From Octopus sinensis (lineage: Eukaryota): a stretch of DNA of 64,000 nt. Location of the stretch: the NCBI RefSeq assembly GCF_006345805.1, contig NC_043005.1, positions 9,362,001 through 9,426,000 of the forward strand, read 5' to 3'. The notes below the pieces were generated by a model that worked only from the letters and a program-made list of their open reading frames with translations, did no database searches and was not told the DNA's origin. The position numbers were made by a program, and so were the translations under genes. Below, one piece after another: positions 12,478 to 27,050 of the stretch (positions are counted from its first letter, which is position 1; each line of letters begins with the position of its first letter).

Positions 12478-12657
12478 TATGTTTGTCCCCACCACCATAC
12501 CTTGACAACGAATGCTGGTGTGTTACGTAGCGGTTCGGCTAATAAAACCGTTAGAATATGTAATTGGCTTACAAAGAATAAGTCCTGGGCTCGATTTGTT
12601 CGACTAAAAGCGGTGCTCTAGTATGGCCGCAGTCAAATGACTGAAACAAGTAAAATG
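12478..12657 (+). mobile_element. SINE family 1, 3' half
   Basis: TGTTTGTCCCC...GGCGGTGCTCTAGTATGGCCGCAGTCAAATGACTGAAACAAGTAAAA. Confidence 0.85.
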
Positions 12658-13349
12658 ATACTTAAGTAAACGTATGAAATATGCATCGGTGATTGCCAAT
12701 CTCATATTACTCAAGAAAGAGTTTGGAAGCATTGTTTTGAACCTGTGTAAAAATGAAACAATTTATCGGTGTTTGACATTGGCTCATAATTTCTTCTGAG
12801 AATAAAGCATAGCTCGAAATTACTTATAATTTTGCACTAATAAACACTGCATAAATTTCTATATAATTTTACCAGTTGTTTATGTTGTTATGACATTTTG
12901 CGTACAGGAATGTCTGTGTATAAACCTTCTCTATATGTTAGGCTCTTATATGCAGTTGTGTGTTACATGTACGATTTTGTCTGTTTTCTATGCATGAAAT
13001 TCTGTATATCAGTACTGAGTCAATATACTCGCAGATGCACAAAGAATTCTATAAAGTTTCGAAAGTTTATTACTTACATCCATACATCCACAGACACAAA
13101 GGAATTAATTTCGCTTCTTCTAAATTCTTTAAAACACCGTATGTTAATTCCAATCTTCTTATTCGTTATATCTAGTTACTTTTTTTAACGTGAAAGCAGG
13201 GTATGTTATAACAGAATATGGCGAAAATACACATGGATATTCAAACAACGTAAGTATACTAGTACGTGTCTTCACCGAAAATAACAGCTTTCGGTACAAT
13301 ACTAAAATCTCACATACATAGGTAAACATACAGGCATGACTAAAACCAC

Positions 13350-13410
<61 letters not shown>

Positions 13411-13789
13411 GTGTGTGAGTGTATGTGCGTTGTGCGTGTGTGCCTGTATTTATCCGTATGTGAGTATCTATGCATATAAACCTCTAGAGATTGAAGACAC
13501 ACATAAACATATTATACAAATGTTAAAAAGCTTAATTGAAAACATACAATAAAGAAGAACCTAATCTGCTCAGACATATTTAGAAGTGACTACTCTAAGC
13601 CACACCTACTCCGATAGACCCAAAATGGACAATTATATTAAACCTCTTTTAGTAATAATTATCATACACGAATATAACAAAAAGAAAAAGGAAACAATAA
13701 AACCAGCATTTGACTATGCTAAAAGCTGAAGACTAATACACCTATAGTTTTTATTAATACATTAGAGAGGATTGCTGATATTATTGAAT

Positions 13790-15370
13790 AATATATGCCT
13801 GTAAAAATGGAGTTAACTACATCCTGATCGATGAACGGTGCATACTGCAGTTCGTCTAAGTGGTAGTGCCATTCAACATAAGCAGTGATCAGTGCTAGCT
13901 GCCAGCGAAGTTAGGGATCAATGATATCAGAGAGAAAAAAGCTCTGCACATCTCAATGAAAAATCAACGAGTCTAGGTCTTTGATGTGAAACAGTGGCAG
14001 GAAGCTATGAAGTAGGAAATTTGGAGTCAACTTGAAGAGCTTGATGTGGAATACAATTTGCTGATCCCGAAAATGAAAAGCTGTATATGGAAAGCAAAAT
14101 CTGAACACCAGCAGGATCCTGATGGCAGAAGTTCTTATGAGATGAAGAAAATGTCAAAGAAGCAGAAAATTATGAAGAGGAAGAGGAAAGCTTACCTCCA
14201 GGACTCCGATCTCTGCAAAGCGATCAGACGAAATTTAAGAAATGTCTTCGAGAGTTATACACTGAAGAAATTGATGTAGCTGCAGAGGAAAAGTAAAGTT
14301 TAAAAAGATGCAAGCGAGGGCTGGCGCTCTATAGGTCGTGGGTGACAGCGTTTAAGAAGAAGGATGGGCACACAGGGATAGACAAAGTGGGGGGGGATAT
14401 CCAAATCCTTCTACACTAACCTTTTCATTTCATCAGAGAACCTCAATCTCTTACCGCCACATATATGCAAGAAGTGCAACCTAATCTAATTAGTGAAATA
14501 GAAAATGCCCTCAGACTAATGAAAACAGACAAAGCTCATGGGAAAGATAGATGGTATTTCAACAGACATGGCGGCGAGCTGGCAGAAACGTTAGCACGCC
14601 GGGTGAAATGCGTAGCCGTATTTCGTCTGCCGTTACGTTCTGAGTTCAAATTCCGCCGAGGTCGACTTCGTCTTTCATCCTTTCGGGGTCGATAAATTAA
14701 GTACCAATTACGCACTGGGGTTGATATAATCGACTTAATCCGTTTGTCTGTCCTTGTTTGTCCCTTCTGTGTTTATCCCCTTGTAGGTGGTAAAGAAATA
14801 GGTATTACAACAGACATGGTAAGATACACAGGTGAATAGCTTTGGTAAATCCTCTTCCTACGATTTAATCACTATTTGAAAGAATGTAAAATACTCTCAG
14901 TATGGAAAGAGTCAAATACCATCCTGCTGTATAAGAAGGGTAATAAAGGGGATTGAAATATATTGCTCCAGTGTTGACATCTCTGGAAATGTAAGGTGTC
15001 GAGGTGCAATACACTAAACCACTCAGACATGCGAACTCTGGATGTACAACAGCTGTAGCTCTTCTGTTACCACCAGTAAAGTTCTCAAAGCTCTTTATAC
15101 TATGTCCAGAAATAGTCATCAAGGACATGGACTGGTCAGATGGCATAAACATCTATGACATTACAGAATACGGAAACCGAAAGTTATACTGGCTGGACAT
15201 GTCGCAAGCTTTACAGCCAACATTTGAACCCGTGTAGACCGAAGATGAGAAGAGGATTTAGTGAGGCAATTTGGGGAAAGATGGAAAAGAATAGCTCAAT
15301 AAATACAGAACTGGAAGCACATTATGACCACCGATGTAATGGTCTGTTCCATACCATGATGCTGTGATTC
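13790..15370 (+). mobile_element. Decayed RTE-clade LINE (APE end, RT start, C-terminus; internal deletion)
   Basis: KNGVNYILID...SSDQ (APE end); EIENALRLMKTDKAHGKD-GITTDMV across the SINE; WKESNTILLYKKGNKGD; TGGCTGGACATGTCGCAAG (degenerate WAGHVAR) near 15190. Confidence 0.75.
14570..14800 (+). mobile_element. Full-length tRNA-derived SINE (family 2) with 17 bp TSD
   Basis: GGCGGCGAGCTGGCAGAAAC head, B-box GAGTTCAAAT, tail TAAAGAAATA. TSD GGTATTTCAACAGACAT (14553-14569) / GGTATTACAACAGACAT (14801-14817). Confidence 0.92.
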
Positions 15371-17344
15371 TCTGATGCTATGTTATGCCTGTAAAACGAA
15401 TAAGTATAACAAGGATAGCTCAAATCTTGCTAGTAATCCTGTCCGATCCAAAATAGGCGAGATTATAACTAGCGAAAGCAGGCTTCCATAACACTGACTC
15501 TAAGAAATATCATTATTGTCATCAAATTAAAGACAACAATAAATTAACACAATATTGAAAATAATAATTCCATGCAATAATGTAATAACATATAAAAATA
15601 ATTTAATGTTCGTAACAAAAGATAAAACAAACAAACTAATACACAAGAATTCAAATCCTATACATGTATATAACATAATTACAAAATCTAATAAGAAAAC
15701 TTTAAGACTGAATGGCGTGAAAACAGAAAACAATAATGACAACCCTCTTTTTAATAACGCAGAAACAAGTTGTAACCTCAAAATTCACACATATATGAAA
15801 AGCAGTCAACTTTACGAAATAATTTCCTAAGTTTTAGCACGTGGAACGATTTCAGCATGTTCTCTTAAAGGTAGCTGTTTATTACACTAAGTGGTCAATA
15901 GAAAACAAATACCCGTTATTATATATGATCTAAATGGAAGTCCTTTAAATAACGTAACTTAGATTTAGGAATAAAAAGAGTTACATATCAACAGCTGATT
16001 ATATTTTTAATATTAATTAAGTGCCAGTTGAGCTCTGGATTCTGTGTAATCGACTTAACTCTTCCCCAATTTTGCTCGCTATGAGCCAGCATTTAAAACC
16101 AATTTTAAATCTTCGTATATAATAAACTACACCGAAAATCTCTACTTAATTTGAAAACTAGCATCGTGACTATACCCAGCTCAAGCGCTGCATATTTTAT
16201 TAGATAACAAAGGCTTGCTTAACCTAATTTTTCCTTTGTAAGCATAGATTATTCAATAATGATTGAGTATCCTCTTTCAGGAAACCCAAACTGTGATACT
16301 ACAATCACAATCAGAAGCATACGACTCTACGCTATAAATATGAAACTTTTCAAATAACTGTTAAATAACATTACAGCATACACAAACTCAATAAAAATGA
16401 TACATTTACTATTTATTCTTCATCATTGTTATATACACATTTATCTCACGAACTACACTAATGTAAGAGTAAATATATGTTATGTCGCACGTTCGGACGA
16501 CCTCTACTCGACTCCTACTCTCACCACTACCCTGACGACGTCTAGACTTCTCCCTCTATATCTACGTATTGAGCTAGCCTACTTCATCGTCTGGGGGCGT
16601 CCACACAACAATATATATATATATCACTTCCTAAAACCTCAATCAATGACAACATCTTTTAATTTAATTCGTTAATCGATAACCAACTCAAAGTTCCTAG
16701 CTGAATGTTTACTTCTAAGGCAGTACTTGTGTGTATAATTGTGTTTGTGAAAACACATATGCACTCTGTATATAAATATCTGAAATTATAAGGTCTTTCT
16801 CAAATGTGTATGCTTGAATCTATATGAGTATCTGTGCTGATAAAAATGTATTAACGTATATGAGTGAATGTGTGTGCGTATGTGTGTGAGTGTGTATCGG
16901 TATGAGTCGAATTTTCGCTGACATACCGCCGTCTCTTATTACATCTGCTTTCTAAACCATTTATCACTGTTATTTTAGAGATCTGTATGAACAATGAAAG
17001 CTTGGGTAGTTGATTCCTCATGCTCTTAGACATAGAAATTACACAAGTCTCCTTGTTCATCGATAAAATAAACTACAAGCCTCCCATGGCTGTAATTGTT
17101 AACAAAATAATTTTCTCTGTAGATTATAAACAGTTGTGCATCCACACATGTTAGTATATCACATCGAATCGAATTGCAATATTTCTATGAAGATCTAATT
17201 TTTGAACGAATTGTTCAACCATTTACGTAACTTCTATTTATGTCAGAGGAGAAGTCTTTACTGAAACGCGTAATTCTTGATGTATGTATGTATGTATGTA
17301 TGTATGTATGTATGTATGTATGTATGTATGTATGTATGTATGTA

Positions 17345-17377
<33 letters not shown>

Positions 17378-17939
17378 GTGTGTATGTGTGTGTGTGTGTG
17401 TTTCTCTGTGTGTGTGTGTTTGTTTCTGTGTGTGTGTATACATTGTTGTTGTTATTTTTTAATCCAAAGCAACTTAACACTGTGTCTTCGTGACCATGTG
17501 TTACTGACATCACTCAAACCATGACACTTGATTCATTTCAACCTCATCATCTGCCCCAAATTCTCGATCTTCTCGACCCGCTACTCTTCATCAATTTTCT
17601 TCAGAATTTTATGCAAGCAAACAAATCCATCTCGTTTCTTTTCAAAACTATTAACTAATACATCTTCAGAGAATATGGTCGGTGAAAAGGCCTCTAAGCT
17701 ATTGGCCCGTCGTGATAATGCTTCTCTCTCATTCCCGAAAAATATATTATCAATTATTATCAAGACTACATACTCCAATGCAAATGCATGTGCATATGTG
17801 TGGATGTAAGTCCTGTATCATGTCTGTGTTAGATTTTTGTCTCACACCACTCCTCGACCTGTGTTCTTTTGCTTATATGCTCGCATCAGGCAGATCCACA
17901 AAGAGAGCCTGATGCAAAGAAGGCATACTTTAATATGAC

Positions 17940-18076
17940 AGTTATCCGCCGAGGTCTACTTTGCCGTTCATCATTTAGGAGTCGATAAATTAAGTACTGG
18001 ATACGTACTGGGGTCGGTCTAATCTCTGGCCTCCTCCCCCAAAATTTCGGGCCTTGTGTCTGGAGTAGGAAAAAAT
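17940..18076 (+). mobile_element. 5'-truncated SINE of the family 2 group
   Basis: CCGCCGAGGTCTACTTTGCC...GTCGATAAATTAAGTAC...CTGGGGTCG shared with 14570 and 36780. Confidence 0.7.
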
Positions 18077-18158
18077 ATGACATTTAAAAAGGGATTGATT
18101 AGAGCGATTAGGCACTCCAAGGTGTTGTCCCAGTATTGTCACAGGCCAATGATAGAAA

Positions 18159-18600
18159 ATGGATATTTCAAATCAAACATACAATATAACTCTTGGTAAT
18201 ACATCTAAAAGTGAAGTAGATAAATGTGCAGACATGCGGTGGGAATCAATTCTTTCTACATTTTGGCAGAAGGCTAACGATTATGAAGGGAGGGATATAT
18301 TAATTACATTGACTCCGGTGTTCGACTTGTACGTATTTTATTGGGCCTCCAACAGACGAAGGACAAAGTGAGCCGACGAGCTAACGATTGTGCGAGGTCG
18401 TCACCGTATTGAGGGATTCTGAATCAGGGACAATTGCTGCAACAAATTTTGAAAAACTGAAAATATTGTTAGTACAATTCGTAGGATATTTTTGTCTCGG
18501 TTCGCGACGGGGAGTACAATTCAAATTGATCAGACTCGCTTTCAATGTTGCCATAGCTATGAACCAAACCAAACCATTAACAGAATAATTTCACAACTGA
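18159..18600 (+). pseudogene. Possible decayed piggyBac-like transposase C-terminus
   Basis: NTSKSEVDKCADM resembles the YNxxKxGVDxxDQM motif, followed by LYVFY and scattered Cys/His residues. Heavily disrupted, and no TIR was found. Confidence 0.25.
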
Positions 18601-18947
18601 AAATAGTTCTGAACACATTTTACATTTTTCCTGTCTGAATGTATCTGTTCATATAAAAAAAAATAACATAATGTTTTGTCGAATTAAATATATGAAATCC
18701 GTTCTGTACAATATCTTTTCCGTATAGTACACAAATTCATAGACGAAAATGCGGTCATTAAATGGTGTATGTTTAAATAGTAACAAATATACATAAAGGC
18801 ACGCATTCATGTACACCTGTTACACTTAACCATTTTTACAAAATTATATACATGTGTATGCATACATACACGCACACTCTTATATGTATGTGTGTATGCA
18901 TGTGTATAAATGTGTGTATGTATGTATGTAAATATATATACATATAT

Positions 18948-19097
<150 letters not shown>

Positions 19098-19533
19098 ATA
19101 TATACACATATATATATATATATATGCGGAGAGACTGTGTGTGTGTGCTTCAGTCTTGTAAAGTATGATATACAATCAGAATATCAAACTAAAATGTCGT
19201 GAATCAATACCGGGGCGGATTCCATGACATACATCCATTACAGTCGGAAATACTCAAAATACCGCTAAATGACTAGACAAAACTAGACGCATTCATGCAT
19301 TGATTCATTATAGCCAGAAACGAAAGTAAGCAAAAGCCACGTATATGATCAAATAATACCGTTTTTTTTTCTCCACTGTGTCACGAGGAACAAGAAAAGT
19401 GACAAAGTCTTTTACATATATTGATGCAATTAGTAATAATTATGTACGAGTTGCACATACACACGAATACATTTATACATTATATAAACGGTTAATGTGT
19501 GTGTGTGTATGTGTATCTATCTATCTATCTATA

Positions 19534-19572
<39 letters not shown>

Positions 19573-19616
19573 GTATCTATCTATCTATCTATCTATCTGT
19601 CTGTCTATCTACCTAC

Positions 19617-19678
<62 letters not shown>

Positions 19679-19693
19679 AACTTAGATAAACTT

Positions 19694-19750
<57 letters not shown>

Positions 19751-19782
19751 TATTATATATAAACTTAGATAAACTTAGATAT

Positions 19783-19827
<45 letters not shown>

Positions 19828-19858
19828 ATAATAATCATTATTATTATTATTATTATTA

Positions 19859-19908
<50 letters not shown>

Positions 19909-20241
19909 ATTATTTGAGGGAATATTATTCCTAACTTACAGGGAAAAATTCAATTTAGAAATACTAAATCAAATTTCACAAAATATAATATATATATATA
20001 TATATAATTAGAAAAAAAAACCCTTTTATCAATTCAAAATGAACAATTATATTACACCATCTAGAAAATTACATATAATAGAAATATTAAAATTAAAATA
20101 ACGACAATATACCTTTAATTAAGTAAATAGCAAAATAATAATAATAATAAATAAAAGAAATATATACCAAATATATACGTTTTTATTATTATTTTGCAAT
20201 TTACTTAATCATCGGTATATTATTGTTATTTTATATATATA

Positions 20242-20611
20242 CTAGCAGTGTCGCCCGGCGTTGCTCAGGTTTGTAATGGAAATAACTATAAAGCATTTTT
20301 AGAGAGTTATAGCCAAAAAATAGCAAAAAAATGGAAAAAAAATTATGGTAAATTTTTTTTTTAGTTAAAAAAGGTGGAGTTGCGTCCCCTGTGGTTTGGG
20401 TTTCTGATTCTCGACCCCATGTCGAATTTATCGATTTTTTTCAGAACTGGGGGAACTTTTCAAAATTTTCGCTGCGTTAGTTTTGAATTATGACATTGGG
20501 CTATGTGTGTGTCAAGTTTCATCAGAATCGGTTGAAAGCCGTGGTCAGAGTGAGGGTTCGAGAAAACAGACACACAGAAACACGCACAGACAAACTGCCG
20601 TTTATATAGAG

Positions 20612-20612
<1 letters not shown>
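20242..20612 (-). mobile_element. Non-autonomous Helitron
   Basis: A|CTAG plus hairpin at the left end and TTTATATAGAGA|T at the right end. Near-identical reverse complement of 28061-28448. Confidence 0.85.
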
Positions 20613-20643
<31 letters not shown>

Positions 20644-20743
20644 GGGAGAAATAAAGAAAGAGAGAGAGCGAAAGAGAGAGACTTGACCGTGTTGGCTTCG
20701 ACAAGCATTCATAGTATAATGTGTCGAGCTATAAGTGAAGAGC

Positions 20744-20822
<79 letters not shown>

Positions 20823-21594
20823 TGTGTGTGTGTGTATATTTATATCTATATATATGTGGGCAATAAAGTATAAGCAATAACGTACGAGCAATACTTGGTT
20901 TATTCTCACTCTTCTAGGAGCCATTTATATCTGATGATCTCCAAAAAAACCTCCTTCGTAGCAATTTGAGATTAGTGTTATTGTAAGGCTCCTGTGTTGG
21001 AACCCTTAAAAGTTTGACGGCTGTTATGCTTGCATGTTATGAGAGTATCGGATATATCTCATACGCTAACGAATGCCATTAGAAAGAGACAAATATGATT
21101 TGGTGGACTCTGAGTAGAACTCAACCAAATTTTTAGTGATATGCTTCTATAGATACGCCCACGTGGTTAAACACAGGTTGGTCATTTAGTTCTGTACGGA
21201 TATGGAATGTTGTACAGATGACCCCCGGAATGTGGCTGGGACGCTTATGGAGAATGTGATCGAGTCAGACGAATCCGAGAAATCTGGATCAGATGAGAAT
21301 AATAGTGGCAATAGCTTACAATATATTAGTTATAAGAGATTGCATACAACGGGTTTGTTCTATCTACGAACATTTCTGGCATTACCTTGTGAGTAGCTAA
21401 GATGGAAACAGTTCCAAACAATTTCGAATTTTTTTTTATCTCTGGTAGTATTCCTTGCAAACGTTCTGATAAAGCTAATAAACAAGTCCGTTGTGTGTGT
21501 GCACGTGTGTATGTGTAAAACTATACACATGGGTGCGAGCAACCCGCCCTATATATATGTGTGTGTGTGTGTGTGGGTGTGTGTGTGGGTGTAC

Positions 21595-21652
<58 letters not shown>

Positions 21653-24600
21653 TTGTATATCTATACTTTTCAAGATATGTGCAAAGGAATATTTTAATGC
21701 AAATTGAAATAAAATGGATATAAAATGTACCGGTATTTTTTCCTGAAATACTGAAAACAAGTAATTTTAGACAGAGGTAATCATTTTTGGAAACTATGAA
21801 TTGGAAATAAAGATCTCAAATATTTTATCGGTGATTTTTTTTTCCAAATATATGGATATTTTTACATGAAATATTTTTCTACTAATAAAAATATATCTAA
21901 TTTTTAGAGGAATTTCTCTTCGAGAAATTATTCATTTAAATTCTACTGATATTTTTTTCGGACAATTTACTTAAAAGTGTCAAAAGGAAAATACTACTGA
22001 GCAAAAGAAAGAGGTGAGGTGTAAAAGAGATTAAGAAGGCACGTTATGTCTGATAGGTTGATTAGTCATGTTTTTAATTACGATATTTTTTCTGATATCA
22101 ACAAAACTTCAAAATTGCTCTCACACTTTGCTAGGTGCAAAGTAACAAACGATGTTGTATACCTGAACATCAGAATTTATTTTGTATCATGAATACATCT
22201 TACAGATGCCCAAGAAGGAATATACGTGCCCAGAGACTTTTAAATGTAATTTTCTAACATTCTCAGAAAAAGTTGAAAAGTTTATTAAAACAAATTAACT
22301 AGCGGGGAATCCCATAACTTTCTTGGAATCCCATAGCATTTCTTTCATTGAAAAGAAGGTTATTTTATAGAAAACAAAAAAGAATCGATTCAATAGACTT
22401 TAAAATATTACTGATATTCGAAAGAAACATTAAACGGCTGTTCATATAAAGTCTGACAGTTGTGTTCATACTTAAAGCTTTTCATTCATTTCGATTAGAA
22501 GCAATGTAGGAGACGTACAGAAAGTACGAAAGTTAAAGAAGATATTATGAGCTTTTTTGTCAGAGTATAATCAAAATAACAGATATAAAATGTAAGTGTT
22601 TGTGTGTAGTTACTCTTAATCACCAATGTATATTAGAAATGATCGGAGTAATTACTCTCTTCACCAATGTCTCAGCATAAACAATAATATTTAGGTTATT
22701 CACTACACAAGACGTAGATTTTATATCTCAATATTACGACAATGCAGCATTCCTGGAATTATGCAATCGTTCCCGACAGGCTATAAATTGAAAACCAAAA
22801 CTGATTTAATTCAGATCGCAATGAATGCTTTTTGCTTATTTTTTTAATCCTATAGTGTTATCTTCAACAATATTTTACACGGATTTCTGATTTAATCTTC
22901 TTTCCAAAACTGAGAAGCAGTACATACAATCTATCACAATATTATTAACAGTTCTTCTATTGATCACAACGTATAGAAGATAATATTAAAATTCTTATGT
23001 AAAGATGTAACGTATTTAGTTGGCACACTGCTCTTTAAATATTCTCTACTTTATTTTAAACATTTATGATTCTTACATTTGCAGAATTCGCAAGTGTTTA
23101 TATGTTGTGAAACTGATTCAAACGATTTTAAAATTTAGGAAGGAAAAGCGTTTTCACTAACAGACGAATAGGACACAAAGGGTAAATGCCTGACCTTCAA
23201 CGTATTGCAACACGCATGCATTACAAATAATTATACTGGTTTCTAACCTAGGCACTGACCCATGACTCTCGACACTGTTGGAGTCGTATAAAAGGCCATG
23301 CCGCTGGACTACGCCTCATATTATTGAAGACGGAAAGGGAAATATATTGATCCTGACATGCTTTGAAATTAGTGCGTTAAAGGATTAAGCGAATATCAGC
23401 TCTATCTTCCCTTCTGTTCCTTACGCTCTACCATTTCGCTTCTTATGTTTATTTATCGATTCTTTGCTTTATAATTAAACATTATGTTTCGGTGTGAAGG
23501 TTTAGTCAGTATCAACCTTCTCAGTACTTCGACTTAGAGTTTATCCACTAAGTTTAATGAGTTGAATACGATTTTGCATTAGCATCATGTCACACAATAC
23601 AGGGTTAAACTTATAGCAAATCAAATCAACTTCTCTTATATTAATGGTAATTATTCAATTAGCCTCAGATTGTTTGAAGAACGTGTTAACATTTTGATGG
23701 TACTTAGAAAGAAAAGAATATTGTGATTGGCACTTTAGTAGCTTATCTATAGAAATATCATCTAAAATATCTCCTATATGGCGTGACCCTTTTGAGAAAC
23801 ACAATTCGGAACACGACGTCCGATTTATAATTTACAAGATATTTTTATTGCTACTACTCATAAATTCAAGCCCAAAATTAGAACATATATCTATATAACA
23901 CCAATTATACTACTCATAAATTCAAACCAACTACTAAAACTCATATGTATATAAAACCAGTTCCTGATAATTTCATATCTAGAGTTATTTATCGCTATGA
24001 CGATATTATAGCTTTCGGATGAAGCAACAGTTATTGAGCATAATTGTATTTCAAACAGAAGAAAATATAAAACCAAGGAACTATATCTATTCTGACAGAA
24101 CTTTAGAAATCCGTTTACCGTTCTTTTCAATGTTTATATATAAGACTTTTCCTGTTTTGTGAATACAAGTCTGGTCATGCTTCGTTTAAATAGCAGCGTA
24201 CTTGTACAACATTGTAAATAAGACCATCATGTTTCATTTTAAGCTGACTTGCAATCGAAATAACTCTTGAAATTAACAATATATTGGTTAAGCAAACACT
24301 AATTTAACGACAATAAATCTGATAAAATCTCTATCATATTTGATTCATTACTGAACAAGATGTTACCAAAGCAACTTTAGTTAAAGTTATATGAATAGCT
24401 TTGCTACAAGGCGATGTGGATTTAGTTCTAAGCTGATATACATAAGATATAAGTTTGTATTCTTTAAATTCAATTTTATCAGTTCATTCTTACTTTGGTT
24501 CATATGTTCTGAATTCAATTGTATGTTTACGACAATACATGTGTTTGTGTGTGTCTATGTCTGTGTCTGTGTGCGCGCGCGCGTGTGTATTAGTAAGAAT

Positions 24601-26249
24601 TTCCCAAGACCATTTCTAGCACGCTCAAGACGGATGAAGTAGAAGGAAGATGTTTTCAAAGTAAAGCACCGGCTCTAATGTTTGCATCTGACTAGAATCA
24701 CTTAAAAACATGAAAGGTGCACGGTCAGAGTGCGATGGTGTTACACGGTGCACAAATTAAGTGTACCCCCACAACTATCCTCTGGATTTGGTTTCAGAAT
24801 GCAATGAACCGTATCAAACATAGCACAATGTCTTGTCCGACATTCTTACAGTTCTGAAAGTGGATTGATATCTTATATTGATTTTTAAACTTCATGACGA
24901 AAATCTGAAATATATTCAAACTCGGAGGGAGTTGAACAATGCAAGACACGAAAGCAACCCCGTGAAGCATTCTATTCTATGCTCTAATGATTCTTCCAAC
25001 TCAATACTTGAAGTGATTTAAATTCTTTAAAATTATGAAATAGATGACGTATGATATGCTAATAAATAGTAAACCTGAAGACAATGGAACAGTTGTGCGA
25101 ATGATATCGAATTCTATTCCTTAGCTTGCAAACGTGATCAATATTTCTTACATTAATATACTCCCAACAGAAAATTGTAAGATTATAATTACTTAGTTTT
25201 CAATATATTAATGTATAACAACTAGAGATATATCGATCACTAACACTTGAATAGATATCAGAGTTAGGCAGCCTTACGTATCACTGAATAATTTCCAGTT
25301 GATTGGATCGTAAAGTAGAGTGATACGATATTGACTACGATGAGATATGAAATCATGAACTGTGAACCGCACAGTCTTCAAATTATCTATACACTATTTA
25401 AAATATTGTGCGTTTCCAATCCCTATTTAGATATTCTCCAACGATAGTAACACACATCCATGCACATACAAATACGTACACATAAATGCCCATTCTTTTG
25501 TATGTGTATATACATCACTTTTCGTATCACAAACACATATACTTTACACACACACATATACGAATTCGTGTATGTAGTATAGTAGGGAACAGTGGCAGTT
25601 TCCAACGTTTCTGTGTTATCTTCGGCACGACCGTGTCGAAGAGCTGCCAAGATAGTTATAATCTTCATCGATTACTAATTGCTGAAGCTTTTCGGTTCAC
25701 AGATTCCCTCATGATTCACCACGTCTGTGTTCACATCACACATGTGCAATAATGAAATACTTCCATTTTTGTAGCTTGAAGCTCGTTGAAAATGTATTAC
25801 AATAGATGGGAGGAATTGTGACTCACTACTCCCTAACATGTATGAGTCCCTATTGAAGTGTCTTGTACTGGAATATATTGTCTTTATTGATCACAATAGT
25901 TTCGTTGCTGCGGAGTATGGAGCATCTAACGTTGTTTATAATGTCTTTCTTCTGGTTTGAAATTATAAGAGGTAGGAAAGGGAAACCAGCAGAGTTTTAC
26001 ATCTTTTATGTCTAAGGAAATGGCGGTATCTGATGGGGAACAGAAAACAACATGAACTTGCATACTTAGACATGAAATAGTAGGAAGGAAAACGAGCAGA
26101 GTGATGGGTACAGAAAGGGAATAGAGAAGCAGAAGATAATAGGGTGAGTGTAAGGGAGATACAGGATAAGAAAAGGATTACTTAACTAACAGGAAATGGA
26201 AGAAAGAAGGGAAAAAAGCATTGATCGAAATCCGCCAGTGATGTTGTTC

Positions 26250-27050
26250 CAACCTTGAACATGAAACGTTGTTCCATCTTTTTGAATGTGCAGATCTATT
26301 GTGTACAAAGAAAACACACACACACACACTGGCAAATGGTTAATGGAACGGCCTTTATATACAAGTGGGTTGCTATAATTTGGCTTAACATTCAATTTAG
26401 TTTTGTTTACGCTTACATAAGAAATAAGCAAGGTAACGGCTTTTTCCCAGTGTAAAGTGCAAAGTTTGGAGATAACACAATATGACATTAGAAAGTGTGC
26501 AACAGAAATTATGGATAACCTGATACTGTAACATAGGACTGGTGATGGTTGTATTGTTCTTAATACACAAAGGCTGCATCTTTGGCGAACGCATCTAAAA
26601 ATATCTCTTAGCGTATGGCTGGGCCGGACGAAATATCTCACTTGGAGCTTGTTGAAGTTCTTATCTTCCTTGAGGGCGAAAAGCCGCGGTGTCGGAAAAA
26701 TCGGATGTAAGCTTTAATTAGGAAGTTATAGTTTTGTGTATTTTTAGAGGGAGGAGAGACCAGTGCAAAGTGAGGATAAGTGGAAACTGGCCCGTAGATG
26801 TGAGTAAAAAGGCCAGGAGAATGGTGATGTGCTCGATGGCTTAGGTCCGTTGTAGTGCAGGGTCCACATCTAATTGAGCTTTCTTTCAACACAGGAAGAA
26901 ATGTATTTTTACTCATTAAGTTTCGAAATTCGAAACAATGCTGTAGACTTGGGGAAGTACTAAAAGAATGGTGTAACAGAATTAGGGTTTGGTGTGACAG
27001 AGAAGTGGAAATACGAGTCGGAGTCAGAGTTTTTCTACTGGAAGAGAAGT
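26250..27050 (-). mobile_element. Very old LINE remnant (I/Jockey-like ORF2)
   Basis: Minus strand gives, in the expected order, APE-like residues, SSGP (PGPD-like), HWEKAVTLLI (WKxAxV) and NYSNPL (NYRPI). Confidence 0.35.

Noticed and set aside
17528-17809. Minus-strand peptide EREALSRRANSLEAFSPTIFSEDVLV...KILKKIDEE, vaguely RT-like
   Set aside because: Motif spacing does not fit an RT and there is no flanking support.
18388-18588. QFKLIRLAFNVAI resembling the Helitron QFPVRLAFAMTINK motif
   Set aside because: Adjacent helicase motifs and termini are missing. A piggyBac remnant fits slightly better, and that call is also weak.
21202-21396. Acidic ORF MENVIESDESEKSGSDENN
   Set aside because: Short and low-complexity, with no homology or exon context I can support.
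22206-22245. Possible 40 nt exon (TTACAG...GTAATT) reading MPKKEYTCPETFK or CPRRNIRAQRLLN
   Set aside because: Splice-like flanks are common in AT-rich DNA, there is no partner exon, and no protein family could be recognised with confidence.
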